Source of the DNA: an uncultured virus (IMG/VR IMGVR_UViG_3300034418_009100)
Lineage: Duplodnaviria > Heunggongvirae > Uroviricota > Caudoviricetes
Length of the DNA stretch: 62,620 nt
Virus record (IMG/VR): IMGVR_UViG_3300034418_009100
Reading direction: 5' to 3' (one strand)
Position numbers and translations under genes: made by a program. Of the stretch, positions 20,568 through 29,990 are shown piece by piece. The notes beneath the pieces are model-generated. The model was given only the letters and a program-made list of their open reading frames with translations, was not told the DNA's origin and made no database searches. Position 1 is the first letter of the stretch. Each line of letters opens with the position of its first letter.

Positions 20568-20573
20568 CAGCCA

Positions 20574-20594
20574 GGGGGATCCGTCCCCCTTTTT
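20574..20594 (+). terminator. intrinsic terminator
   Basis: GGGGGA-TCCG-TCCCCC followed by a T-run. Confidence 0.75.
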
Positions 20595-20603
20595 GGATTA
20601 TCA

Positions 20604-20918
20604 ATGAGCACAGAAACAGAAACCACAGTAGATGTCAAAATTAAGGCACGAGAGGACATTCCCGAGCCTGTCAATTATAATGTGATTTACATCAATGACG
20701 AAGTTACTACGCAGGAATTTGTCAGCGAAACTTTAGTGGTAATATTTCATTACACTAAGATGGCGGCAGACGATATGACAATGAAAGTGCATCAGGAAGG
20801 CAGTGCTGTGGTAGCAACACTGCCATTCGAAATGGCTGAGCAAAAAGGTATTGAAGTTACCATGCTGGCTCGTAACAACGGATTCCCACTACAGGTTAAA
20901 CTAGAACCCGAGGCCTAA
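20604..20918 (+). CDS. clpS: N-degron adaptor ClpS
   Basis: YNVIYINDEVTTQEFV, VHQEG, AEQK and FPLQVKLE motifs. Confidence 0.93.
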   Translation: MSTETETTVDVKIKAREDIPEPVNYNVIYINDEVTTQEFVSETLVVIFHYTKMAADDMTMKVHQEGSAVVATLPFEMAEQKGIEVTMLARNNGFPLQVKLEPEA

Positions 20919-21443
20919 ATGGACGTAATGCTTGACTTGGAAACACTGGCCACAAGTCCAGACTGTGTAGTGCTGACTTTTGGTGCAGTAAAGTTTGATC
21001 CATTCACTGACACTATAGACAAAGGCATGTACATTCGTTTAGACGTAGACGAACAGATTGCGCTAGGACGCAGAGTTGACGAAGGCACACTGGAGTGGTG
21101 GGGCCGACAAAATGAACAAGTCAGAGAAGAAGCCTTGGGCGAAGATGGCAGAATTTCAATTGATGAATTTACCAGTCAACTTAATCAGTTTATAGTGGGT
21201 GCAAACAGAATATGGGCACAGGGTCCTGTGTTTGACATTGTGATTTTAGAAAACTTGTACAGACAGGCGAGTAAACCTGCTCCTTGGCCTTATTACACTA
21301 TTAGAGACAGTCGCACACTATTGAAGGCCTTGGGCGATGACAGAGAAGGTGGAGCAAACTTACACAATGCACTAGCAGACTGTGTCAGTCAAGCAGAGGC
21401 AGTACAATCAGCAGTAAAACGATATAAACTAACAGAACTATGA
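20919..21443 (+). CDS. DEDDh 3'-5' exonuclease
   Basis: MLDLETL, FDIVIL, RDSRT and HNALAD motifs. Confidence 0.88.
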   Translation: MDVMLDLETLATSPDCVVLTFGAVKFDPFTDTIDKGMYIRLDVDEQIALGRRVDEGTLEWWGRQNEQVREEALGEDGRISIDEFTSQLNQFIVGANRIWAQGPVFDIVILENLYRQASKPAPWPYYTIRDSRTLLKALGDDREGGANLHNALADCVSQAEAVQSAVKRYKLTEL

Positions 21444-21892
21444 AATACTATCTAGCATACGGAATGAATACTAACATTGAGGAAATGCGGCGCCGTTGCC
21501 CTCAGGCACAGAGTTTAGGTAAAGTTACTGTGCCCAACTATAGACTGGCCTTCAAAACACATTGCGATGTTGTTTACACTCCAGGAGAAACAATGGAATG
21601 TGTGCTATGGAGCATTTCAGATCAATGCGAACTGGCCTTGGATCAATTAGAAGGCTTTCCGGATTACTATGACAAGCGCGAAGTACAAATCAAATACAAC
21701 GGCAAAACTATTAGACCTATGATTTACTACATGTGTTCTGGGTTCGGTTATGCGGCGCCCAGTGAACATTACTTAACAATGGTGGCTGAAGGATATAGCA
21801 AACACAACATTCCTATCGCACAAATTATTACAGCATTAGAGGATATCACACGATGTACATTATTGTCGGCGAACAAAGAGCCAGTGTATTAA
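21440..21892 (+). CDS. gamma-glutamylcyclotransferase (GGCT/AIG2-like)
   Basis: YLAYGMN, RCP, LDQLEG and PSEHY motifs. Confidence 0.88.
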   Translation: MKYYLAYGMNTNIEEMRRRCPQAQSLGKVTVPNYRLAFKTHCDVVYTPGETMECVLWSISDQCELALDQLEGFPDYYDKREVQIKYNGKTIRPMIYYMCSGFGYAAPSEHYLTMVAEGYSKHNIPIAQIITALEDITRCTLLSANKEPVY

Positions 21893-22155
21893 GGGATACT
21901 CATACAGTACTCAGTCTTGAAAAGATTGTTCACGAAGGCACAGAAGACAGAGCCTACTGTGTTATTCCCAGTGAAGTTGTGAATTTCATGGAAATTCCAC
22001 AACTCGAACAACACGTGGGTTTGCACGAACAGTTTGTAGCAGAATACGAAAAAGAAAACTATCAGTACTGCCGAGATGCTGCTGAACATTTATATGGTAA
22101 GTTTGGCGGCGAACTTGATACATTTTACGATGAAATATTAAAACGCATCAGTTAA
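21853..22155 (+). CDS. conserved phage hypothetical protein
   Basis: 100 aa; C-terminal GKFGGELDTFY. Confidence 0.65.
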   Translation: MYIIVGEQRASVLRDTHTVLSLEKIVHEGTEDRAYCVIPSEVVNFMEIPQLEQHVGLHEQFVAEYEKENYQYCRDAAEHLYGKFGGELDTFYDEILKRIS

Positions 22156-22196
22156 CTTAAGCCAAACCCTCTGTAAATATCTATGGAGGGTTTTTT

Positions 22197-22355
22197 ATGA
22201 CTTGGTTCAAGCACAGACCAAAACCCAAGGATGGGGTTAGTTATCATCCTAACAAAAACACACCGGTGCAGCGAGCACTGTGGGATTCCGCAAAGAATCC
22301 ACCCAAAGAACGGGACAATAAACTGCCACAAGAATTCAATAACCAAAATCAATAA
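22197..22355 (+). CDS. small basic late protein (52 aa; not in the ORF track)
   Basis: GGAGG RBS in a hairpin whose loop holds TAAATA; MTWFKHRPKPK... Confidence 0.55.
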   Translation: MTWFKHRPKPKDGVSYHPNKNTPVQRALWDSAKNPPKERDNKLPQEFNNQNQ

Positions 22356-22401
22356 ATACTGCTGTCCACTTATAATCAAAACAAGGACAGAGGAGCAAAA
22401 A

Positions 22402-23319
22402 ATGCCTAAGGCGTTTCGTTTAGCAAAAGCATTCAGTGCGTTTGCGTTTTTTATGATGGTTGCAGGTGCACATGCACAGACTTATGATAGCACCACAAAG
22501 GTTGATACAAACAATACTAGTACCAGTACCAGCACGGTAAACAGCACAAACACTAACAACAATACTAATACTAACACCAATACAACAACGGTGGACAGTA
22601 CCAGCACGAATACTAATACTAATACTAATACTAACACCAACTATAATGTTAATAGTGGTGAGCAGACTTTTAACAATAACAATGTAACTACCAGTACAAA
22701 CACTAACACAAACATCAACACAAATACTACCACAAGCACAAACACAAATACCAATAACAACACCAGTACGAGTACAAACACTAACACAAATACGAATACA
22801 AATAATAACACTACCACTAGTACCAATACAAACACGAACAACAATGTGAATACTGGCGACATGACCAATCGTAATATAAACGACAGTAAGATAGAGCAGA
22901 CAGTAAAAAGTCCACCTCCCACTGCTGTAGCACCGTCAATGATGAGCGGAGGTAACAGTGATTTGTGTACTACAGGAACAAGTGGCGCATTACAGACGCA
23001 GATACTGGGTATTAGCACAGGCGGCACTGTAAGAGATCTAAATTGTGAAAGATTGAAGAATGCCAAAGTACTCTATGATATGGGCATGAAAGTAGCTGCA
23101 GTGGCAGTAATGTGCCAAGACAGACGTGTGTTTGATGCTATGTGGAATGCAGGTACGCCTTGTCCCTACGAGGGTAAAATTGGAGACGCCGCAAGAGCAA
23201 GTTGGATATTAAACAACGATAAAATACCTAAACCAGAGGATCCACCACAGGATGAAACTATTAAGAAAATTGGCATCAGTGCTGCTGTTGCCATTGTGCT
23301 TGGTCTCGCAGTATTCTAA
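22402..23319 (+). CDS. exported Asn/Thr-repeat protein with Cys-containing domain and C-terminal membrane anchor
   Basis: GAGGAG RBS; signal peptide ending AHA; about 120 aa (TN)n tract; CERLK...MCQD...CPY domain; terminal TM segment. Confidence 0.8.
   Translation: MPKAFRLAKAFSAFAFFMMVAGAHAQTYDSTTKVDTNNTSTSTSTVNSTNTNNNTNTNTNTTTVDSTSTNTNTNTNTNTNYNVNSGEQTFNNNNVTTSTNTNTNINTNTTTSTNTNTNNNTSTSTNTNTNTNTNNNTTTSTNTNTNNNVNTGDMTNRNINDSKIEQTVKSPPPTAVAPSMMSGGNSDLCTTGTSGALQTQILGISTGGTVRDLNCERLKNAKVLYDMGMKVAAVAVMCQDRRVFDAMWNAGTPCPYEGKIGDAARASWILNNDKIPKPEDPPQDETIKKIGISAAVAIVLGLAVF
22495..22885 (+). repeat. low-complexity Thr/Asn coding repeat
   Basis: Mix of ACN and AAY codons with synonymous variation, so the repeat is maintained at protein level. 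Confidence 0.85.
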
Positions 23320-24847
23320 CGCTCAAACAAGTACAACAGGTCAACTTTTCCAAGACAACCAATGGTCGGGCTGTTATACCTATGCCTCCGGAGGATTTTG
23401 GGGTGGAACTAGTGGCGGGCCCTGTCCGGCAATGAGTTTTGATGAAGGATATGCAGGCAGTAATCAGATAATTTTTAGTTATGGCAGAGAGACGCTCAGT
23501 CAGACATACTCTCTTGCCAACGCATTACCTAACTCGGGCACAGGTCTTCAAGTTAACGGATACAACTGGCACTGGCATGTAAAGAATTCTAATATTAACG
23601 GAACGCAACCTGGCAGTTACGATCAGGTTGCCTACGTAAACGTTAGTTTATTAAGTTCAACTGGTTCTGTGCTCGAATCAGACACTTATGATTACGGTTA
23701 TCACTTACCCGATTGGATTAATCCAAGTGGCACAAGAACTTATACTAATCCTTATAGCACGACTCAAGCCAGTTCAATTCGATTGAGCGTGACAGGTCAG
23801 GATGGTGGGAACTGGGCAGGTTATTATGGTCCAGAGTTTATGCACTTTAGTTTAACTGTAAATTATTCAGTTGACCCTTGTGCCGACAATCCATTCTATT
23901 CACCAACCTGTCCAGGTTTTGCTGAAGCACTTGCAAAACTTTCTGAAACTGCAAACACAGGCACTGAAGAACAAACTGCGGCCACTGACAGCGCCTCTAC
24001 AGGAATGGACACAGATTCAAACACGCAGACTGCCGCTGCTGATCCGATACGGTCTGTAACAGAAGTAACTACAGATGTTGGAGGTGCCGAACTATCTGCA
24101 ACAGGAGAAATAGTTATTGACGATGGTGTACCTAGTGCTGCAAAAGAAAGTGCAAAAGAAAGCATGGTAAAAGAAGAACAACAAGCACAGGAAAGTGCAG
24201 TGGCTTCAACAGAAAGAAAACCAGGCGCAAAAGTTAATGCACTCAGTATTGCTCAAAATGCAGCAAGACAAGCAGAACAAACCGCTCTTAGTGTGGCAGC
24301 ACAGAGTACAGAACAAAGTTTATCTGCAATGTCTAATCCCGCAGACGGAGTTGGTTTAGACAGTTTAGGCACAGGTATTAGGATACCGGGACTTACTTCT
24401 TTACAAAACCTTGCTATGACAACAACCGAATCAATGCCTTCACAGTCTTACAGTTTAACAAGAACACAGTCTATGAGAAATCAAGATCAAGCCATCATAT
24501 CTACAAACTTGTCACAGTCTGAAACTAAAACAACCGCTGCAGTTGATACCACAGTGACACAGTCGCAAGTAGCACAGCCGCAAGAACAAACACAAACAAC
24601 TGCCAAAAGCGCAGTGCGTAATGGCGGAAAAGTAGAAGGTATGGAGGGAGGAGCGGACATGACCGCATTGACAAAACCTCCTGCCAACTTTAATCAATAC
24701 TTACAGGCACAATTAGTGGATGCAGCATTTTATCAACAACGTGAAATATATCGCGGGCAAAGAACTGTTGATAATGTTAGAGCGCTGCGTGGATTAGGCA
24801 CAGACAGATTACACCAACAAATGGTAGACCAACAATACGGGAGATAA
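23252..24847 (+). CDS. exported protein with an FBA-like beta domain and A/Q/S/T-rich stalk
   Basis: Signal peptide; GQDGGNWAGYYGP motif; DPCADNPFYSPTCPG; long low-complexity C-terminal half. Confidence 0.7.
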   Translation: MKLLRKLASVLLLPLCLVSQYSNAQTSTTGQLFQDNQWSGCYTYASGGFWGGTSGGPCPAMSFDEGYAGSNQIIFSYGRETLSQTYSLANALPNSGTGLQVNGYNWHWHVKNSNINGTQPGSYDQVAYVNVSLLSSTGSVLESDTYDYGYHLPDWINPSGTRTYTNPYSTTQASSIRLSVTGQDGGNWAGYYGPEFMHFSLTVNYSVDPCADNPFYSPTCPGFAEALAKLSETANTGTEEQTAATDSASTGMDTDSNTQTAAADPIRSVTEVTTDVGGAELSATGEIVIDDGVPSAAKESAKESMVKEEQQAQESAVASTERKPGAKVNALSIAQNAARQAEQTALSVAAQSTEQSLSAMSNPADGVGLDSLGTGIRIPGLTSLQNLAMTTTESMPSQSYSLTRTQSMRNQDQAIISTNLSQSETKTTAAVDTTVTQSQVAQPQEQTQTTAKSAVRNGGKVEGMEGGADMTALTKPPANFNQYLQAQLVDAAFYQQREIYRGQRTVDNVRALRGLGTDRLHQQMVDQQYGR

Positions 24848-24849
24848 CG

Positions 24850-25392
24850 ATGTCAGATAAAGATTTAGGCGAAGGCATTGAAAAATTTGAAGAAGAAATA
24901 GAAGGTCTTAAAAACAAAGAGTTCAGACTGTTTGGCGTTAAGATGACGGCCATGACTGTAAGTGCTGCATTTGCACTGATATCAGCCATAGTAGGTTCAC
25001 TGTACGGAGCATTTGAAGTCTACAAAGACTACATGGAGATGAAGGAGCAGATTCAAAGTTATGTTGCTCCTGATCTGAGTGGTATTAATGAACGCTTAAC
25101 AGCAGTTGATAAAAAGATGGAAGGCATTGCTGCCAACGTACAGCAATCCACAGAATACACCAATGAGATTAAAAATGATTTAAAAGGTGATATTCGTAGA
25201 GTTGAAAAGGTAGTTGAGGGCGTAGAGCGTTCAACAAAGGAACAACAACGTCAGGTTGATGCTGATTTAAAGACAGCTAGAAATGAAATGCGCGATTTAC
25301 AAAAAGAAGTGGATCGAGGGTTAAAAGAAGTTCGTACAGACTTAGAGAAAAAACTTAAGGAAGCATTAGACAATCCATTGGCCGGGCAGTAA
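24850..25392 (+). CDS. membrane-anchored coiled-coil protein
   Basis: One TM segment followed by heptad repeats, ending ALDNPL. Confidence 0.75.
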   Translation: MSDKDLGEGIEKFEEEIEGLKNKEFRLFGVKMTAMTVSAAFALISAIVGSLYGAFEVYKDYMEMKEQIQSYVAPDLSGINERLTAVDKKMEGIAANVQQSTEYTNEIKNDLKGDIRRVEKVVEGVERSTKEQQRQVDADLKTARNEMRDLQKEVDRGLKEVRTDLEKKLKEALDNPLAGQ

Positions 25393-25449
25393 ACAGCACA
25401 CTATTAGTTTTTGCTAGTTGCTAGTAAATACTAGTAAGGAGTAAGACCA

Positions 25450-25923
25450 ATGGATCCGCTGACACTGTTAGCCGGAGCCAGTGCCGCATTTAAAGGTGTG
25501 CAAACACTGGTAAATCACGGACGTGATATTGAAGATGTATTTGGACAGTTAGCCAAATGGGCTACACACGTCAGCGACTTACAGGAATGGGTCAGAGGGC
25601 AAGAAAGCAAGCCCAGCATCTGGAAAAAACTCAGTTTTAAAGACGACACTGCTGAAGCACTAAACACCATGGTAGTGCGTCAACGTATTGCCAATCAAGA
25701 AAAAGAAATACGTGAAATGTTTCAATGGTATGGGCCACCTGGTGCATACGAAGAATTTATCCAAGAACGCCGTCGCATTAAAGATCAACGTGAGCGCATG
25801 ATCTATGAACAACGCAGGCGTCGTCAAGCATTTTTCTGGAACTGTGTAAACGGGGTGGCGATAGCAACACTGTTGGGTATAATCGGCGGTGTTGTATATG
25901 GATTAATTGTACTCGTAAGTTAA
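25450..25923 (+). CDS. coiled-coil protein with C-terminal TM segment
   Basis: MDPLTLLAGASAA amphipathic start; TAAATA at 25425-25430; AGGAG RBS. Confidence 0.75.
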   Translation: MDPLTLLAGASAAFKGVQTLVNHGRDIEDVFGQLAKWATHVSDLQEWVRGQESKPSIWKKLSFKDDTAEALNTMVVRQRIANQEKEIREMFQWYGPPGAYEEFIQERRRIKDQRERMIYEQRRRRQAFFWNCVNGVAIATLLGIIGGVVYGLIVLVS

Positions 25924-25972
25924 CCTCAGGAGCAAAAAAAATTTATATATTAGTTTAAAGGAAAACACCGCC

Positions 25973-26287
25973 ATGATAAAAACAATAATAACCGCGGGTG
26001 TTTTGTTCATTCTGCCAACCTTAGCGATAAGTCAACAGGTACAACAAAAGCCCGTACTCTGTGATCAAACAGTAAACGTTCTACCTTTTCTCGACAAGAC
26101 ATACAAAGAGCAACCTCATTGGATAGGCAAGTCCTCAAAAGACAGTGAAGGTTGGTTTGTAGTCATGCTGAATGAGGAAACAAAAACTTGGACTCTTGTG
26201 CAATATAATCGCGAAGTAGCATGTATACTGGGTGATGGCAAAGATTTTAGAGTGCCAGAAAAATCCGCCAAAAAAGCAGACTTGTAA
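25973..26287 (+). CDS. small exported protein
   Basis: Signal peptide; KPVLC...TWTLV...ACILG. Confidence 0.7.
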   Translation: MIKTIITAGVLFILPTLAISQQVQQKPVLCDQTVNVLPFLDKTYKEQPHWIGKSSKDSEGWFVVMLNEETKTWTLVQYNREVACILGDGKDFRVPEKSAKKADL

Positions 26288-26320
26288 TTTTTCTGTAACA
26301 TTTGTCAAGTTAAATACTGT

Positions 26321-27289
26321 ATGGAACTACTAACATTTTGGATGGTAGTTGGATTTCTATTAGCTGCATATTCGGTTATAGCCAACGACTCGATACAGAC
26401 ATTAGGGACATGGTTAGCGTCAAACAACGACCGATTTCACTGGACAACATTATGGGCCGCCGCTAGTGCGGTTTTATTATGGGCAATTTGGTTTGGGTGG
26501 TATGTAAACGGCGGTGACATTTCCTACGATAGATTAGCAAGAATACCTTTTAAAGAAGTACAATGGTACCATGCACTTGCTCCTGCTATTTTGTTATTTT
26601 TAACACGGTGGGGTGTGCCTGTAAGCACAAGTTTCTTAGTGCTAAGTGCCTTTGCCAACAGTTTTGTACTTGAAGGCATGCTGTTAAAAAGTGTTGTTGG
26701 CTACGGATTAGCCGCAGCCATTGGTTATGTAACGTGGTGGTTTTTAACTACACGCTACGATGAGCACAGACCTATACCTGAACACCACAAACCTTATTGG
26801 CGTTGCGGACAATGGTTGGCTACTGGTTTACTTTGGTGGACATGGCTAACACACGACATGGCCAACATAGCAGTATTCTTACCAAGACAAATACCTGTAG
26901 ATTTAATGGTTATAATTTCATTAATATTCGTAGGTGGACTTGGTTGGATGTTTAAAGAACGTGGAGGAGCAATACAAAAAATTGTGTTAGAAAAACACAA
27001 CACACGTTATGTGCGTAGTGCTACTCTTATTGTTTTGGTCTATATGGCTATTCTTTACTTCTTTAAAGAACTAAACAACTTACCTATGAGCACCACTTGG
27101 GTGTTTGTAGGTTTGCTGTCTGGTAGAGAACTTGCACACGCCACATTCAGTGACAAGGTTGAATTCAAAGGTGTGTTTCCTTTGGTGGCCAAAGACTTCG
27201 GCAAACTTATGATAGGTGTGTTGGCCAGTGTAGGTATTATATTGCTAATCCACTTGGTAATTCTTCCACAGACACAGATTACATTATAG
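26321..27289 (+). CDS. PiT/PHO4-like multi-pass transporter
   Basis: About 9-10 TM segments; duplicated signatures IANDSIQ / THDMAN and PVSTS / PMSTT resemble the PiT repeats. Confidence 0.6.
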   Translation: MELLTFWMVVGFLLAAYSVIANDSIQTLGTWLASNNDRFHWTTLWAAASAVLLWAIWFGWYVNGGDISYDRLARIPFKEVQWYHALAPAILLFLTRWGVPVSTSFLVLSAFANSFVLEGMLLKSVVGYGLAAAIGYVTWWFLTTRYDEHRPIPEHHKPYWRCGQWLATGLLWWTWLTHDMANIAVFLPRQIPVDLMVIISLIFVGGLGWMFKERGGAIQKIVLEKHNTRYVRSATLIVLVYMAILYFFKELNNLPMSTTWVFVGLLSGRELAHATFSDKVEFKGVFPLVAKDFGKLMIGVLASVGIILLIHLVILPQTQITL

Positions 27290-27442
27290 ATGCCTGAAGA
27301 AATAAAGTTCTACCCAAAGCCAGAAGAACCAACGTGGTGTTGCGGCAGAGGTTGTGAAAATTGTGTGCTGATAGATTACTATCATGCACTAAAACGTTGG
27401 GAAGAACTTTTTAGTGAACAAGAAATTAATAAAGCCATATAA
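27290..27442 (+). CDS. stand-alone oxidoreductase-like N-terminal Cys domain protein (50 aa; not in the ORF track)
   Basis: PEEPTWCCGRGCENCV matches the P-x-x-P-x-x-CCxxGCxxCV pattern. Confidence 0.75.
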   Translation: MPEEIKFYPKPEEPTWCCGRGCENCVLIDYYHALKRWEELFSEQEINKAI

Positions 27443-27514
27443 AATATAGATCATCAGTTGTTAAATACTCTGCACAAAAAATAATAAGAATAAATTCAGT
27501 GCGGAGCAGATATC

Positions 27515-29014
27515 ATGAAAAAATTATTAGCGACAGCAGTCGCACTTGCCGTGGCCGCGGCAGTATCTACAGCCACCTTGGCACACACAAACAGTATTGG
27601 TTATGTTGGAGACGGTAACGGAGGTTTAAACTTCTGGTACGGTAGTTGGCATGATGGAACAACGTTCAACGAAGCAGAAATTAAAATTGTTAAGCCAGAT
27701 GGAACAACAAGTATTGATGCTTTTACTTTGTTGTCACAGGATAGTCCTGCAGGCTTGATTAGTGGTGTTAACTTCTTTGGTTCAGACGGAACACAGTTGA
27801 TACCTTACGACATTAATGCAGGTGGCGGTGAGTCATACACTTGGCAAGGTATAAACTATCAAAATCTTGTAACAGGACAATATACATTTGTTTATATTCC
27901 GTTAGGCGATGCTGAAAGTACAATTTGTCCTCAGGCAGATTATCAAGCAGGTACTTGTAACGGCCCAACAGCAGATTGGGATCCAATGGATCAAGTTATT
28001 CGCAGTTTGACAATTAACCTTACTACAGGCGACCTAACGGGTGATGCTAACAACAACGGCATTCTTGATATTAACGAAGTAGCCGCTGGTTCAGCATCAG
28101 GTGGCCCAGTTGCACCAACAGTAGTAAGTCAAGGTTCAAGCCGTGTAGTCGGTTATGTTGCTGTTAGTGGCGGTGTTATTCAGATTGTACAACGTACACA
28201 AACAGACACTACTTGGGACAACATGAGTGATGGTACTACACAAAATGTACAAACTACTAGTACAGCATTACCAGACTGGACTGGACGTATTGACCAAATA
28301 GCAACAGGTAATCAAATGCTATCCGTTGTTAATCGTGGGTTAAACTTCAACGGTGTTAACTCAGTCGGCAACATGGCAAAAATGAACAACGGCATGTCAG
28401 GTGGTGTCAGTGGTGTTACGGTTGGTGGCAATAAGGATCTGGGCAATGGCTTACGCATCGGTGGTGGTGCTGGTAAATTGTCTACTCGTGTTCGAGACAA
28501 CGGTAGTGCTGATGTTGATTCAACACTGGTAAATCTACACGGTAGCAAAGAAGTTACACAAGGAACAGTAAACTTCGCATTAACACACAGTCAAAATGAT
28601 TATACCACATCAAGAACTATTGGTGATTTTGTTAATGCGGGTGTAACTAATGGAACCGATACATGGGTAAACGTAACTTTTGTTGGCCTTGGTGAACGAG
28701 TTCGTCCAGTATTTGGAGTAACTCGCGGTGTTCGTGGTGTAAACGGATACACAGAAACTGGTGATGTACAAACTGCCAGAACAGTTGCTAAAACAACAGA
28801 CTGGTATACATATGGTACCATAGGAGCACAAGCAACATTAAAAGAAGGCATTATTGCTCAAGCACTACATCACTCAGACGGTGTGAACTCTTTAAGTATT
28901 GCAGTCAAGAAGAATCTAGAAAAAGATGCAGTATTGACAGCAGGAGTCAGTCGCAACATGACACGTGATGGTGCGTCGACTTCAATTAATGTAGGACTGG
29001 TTAAGAAGTTCTGA
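27515..29014 (+). CDS. autotransporter-like outer-membrane beta-barrel protein
   Basis: Signal peptide; passenger domain with DANNNGILD Ca-binding-like loop; amphipathic beta strands (GYTETG); terminal Phe. Confidence 0.75.
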   Translation: MKKLLATAVALAVAAAVSTATLAHTNSIGYVGDGNGGLNFWYGSWHDGTTFNEAEIKIVKPDGTTSIDAFTLLSQDSPAGLISGVNFFGSDGTQLIPYDINAGGGESYTWQGINYQNLVTGQYTFVYIPLGDAESTICPQADYQAGTCNGPTADWDPMDQVIRSLTINLTTGDLTGDANNNGILDINEVAAGSASGGPVAPTVVSQGSSRVVGYVAVSGGVIQIVQRTQTDTTWDNMSDGTTQNVQTTSTALPDWTGRIDQIATGNQMLSVVNRGLNFNGVNSVGNMAKMNNGMSGGVSGVTVGGNKDLGNGLRIGGGAGKLSTRVRDNGSADVDSTLVNLHGSKEVTQGTVNFALTHSQNDYTTSRTIGDFVNAGVTNGTDTWVNVTFVGLGERVRPVFGVTRGVRGVNGYTETGDVQTARTVAKTTDWYTYGTIGAQATLKEGIIAQALHHSDGVNSLSIAVKKNLEKDAVLTAGVSRNMTRDGASTSINVGLVKKF

Positions 29015-29033
29015 GTATAGTGCTTTGCATTTT

Positions 29034-29060
29034 AAAGCCCACAGATGTGGGCTTTTTTTA
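29034..29060. terminator. bidirectional terminator between convergent genes
   Basis: AAAGCCCACA-GA-TGTGGGCTTT. Confidence 0.8.
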
Positions 29061-29834
29061 TGTCTGTGGATTTTCCTTGCCTTCGGCATAGTTCTTTAAG
29101 TAAGCACAGTACTGTGTCATACTGTGATCACTGAAACTGTCTACCTTGCCTTGTTTTAGTCCTGACCACATGCCGCGCAGTTTGTCTTTAACTAACTGCC
29201 AACCGTTGGGATTGCGAACGTTGCCATAACTGTTCAAGTAGTGTAACGTACCGTCATGTCTAAAACCCATTAGGGCCAAAGGCACTGTGGTAACTATGTC
29301 GTTGTTGTTTCTCCAACGATGGTGTACCACTGGAAATGTGTTTACATAGGCTTTGTTGCCTACTCGAGGACTGCCATATGTATAAATTTCAACAATGTCT
29401 GGCATACTGACGTCGCAGTGGCAACGGTTAGCCATAATAGTGGCCATTGCAGCACCTAGACTGTGTCCGCAGAACCATGCTTGCCGTGTTTTTCCTACTG
29501 CCAGTAAGTCTTCTTTGACCATAGGCCATAGTTCGTCTACTTCAGACTTAAACCCCATGTGTACACGGCCTATTGTTTCTGCTGCAACTTTAAGTGCTTT
29601 CAAGTCTGCACTAATGTCGTTTAACTGTGTAGGTTCTGTGCCTCTGCAGGCAATTACGATGTCGTCCTGGTTCATAAATCTATAAGACTGTGCACCTTTT
29701 TTATCGTAAAATTCTGTTTCTGTAAATCCCAATTGCAGTGCTGCTGCACGGGCCTGTTCTTCTGGTTGATATGCGATGTTTGCCAATTGAGCAAACAGAT
29801 AGCTCCTTTCGGCAAAGGTCATTTGCGAAATCAT
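29058..29834 (-). CDS. class 3 lipase
   Basis: IACRGT, VHMGF, GHSLG, YTYGSPRVGN, NNNDIV and DH motifs. Confidence 0.93.
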   Translation of the reverse strand: MISQMTFAERSYLFAQLANIAYQPEEQARAAALQLGFTETEFYDKKGAQSYRFMNQDDIVIACRGTEPTQLNDISADLKALKVAAETIGRVHMGFKSEVDELWPMVKEDLLAVGKTRQAWFCGHSLGAAMATIMANRCHCDVSMPDIVEIYTYGSPRVGNKAYVNTFPVVHHRWRNNNDIVTTVPLALMGFRHDGTLHYLNSYGNVRNPNGWQLVKDKLRGMWSGLKQGKVDSFSDHSMTQYCAYLKNYAEGKENPQT

Positions 29835-29990
29835 AGTTCTTACTCCTTTTCAATTATATTTACTGGATTAAATATAAAATTGGGAACTACAATGAATCAG
29901 TTATTAGATTACTATGCGTGGGTTTGGGTACAGTGGGCATTCTTGCCCTATAGAATCATGGGCAGCACCAACGATGCCACAATGATTAGT

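Noticed and set aside
22231..22401. N-terminal extension of the TN-repeat protein given in the ORF track
   Set aside because: The RBS, late promoter and signal peptide support ATG 22402, and a different small ORF occupies 22197-22355.
22641..23066. Minus-strand Val/Leu/Phe-rich membrane ORF
   Set aside because: It is the antisense shadow of the Thr/Asn repeat.
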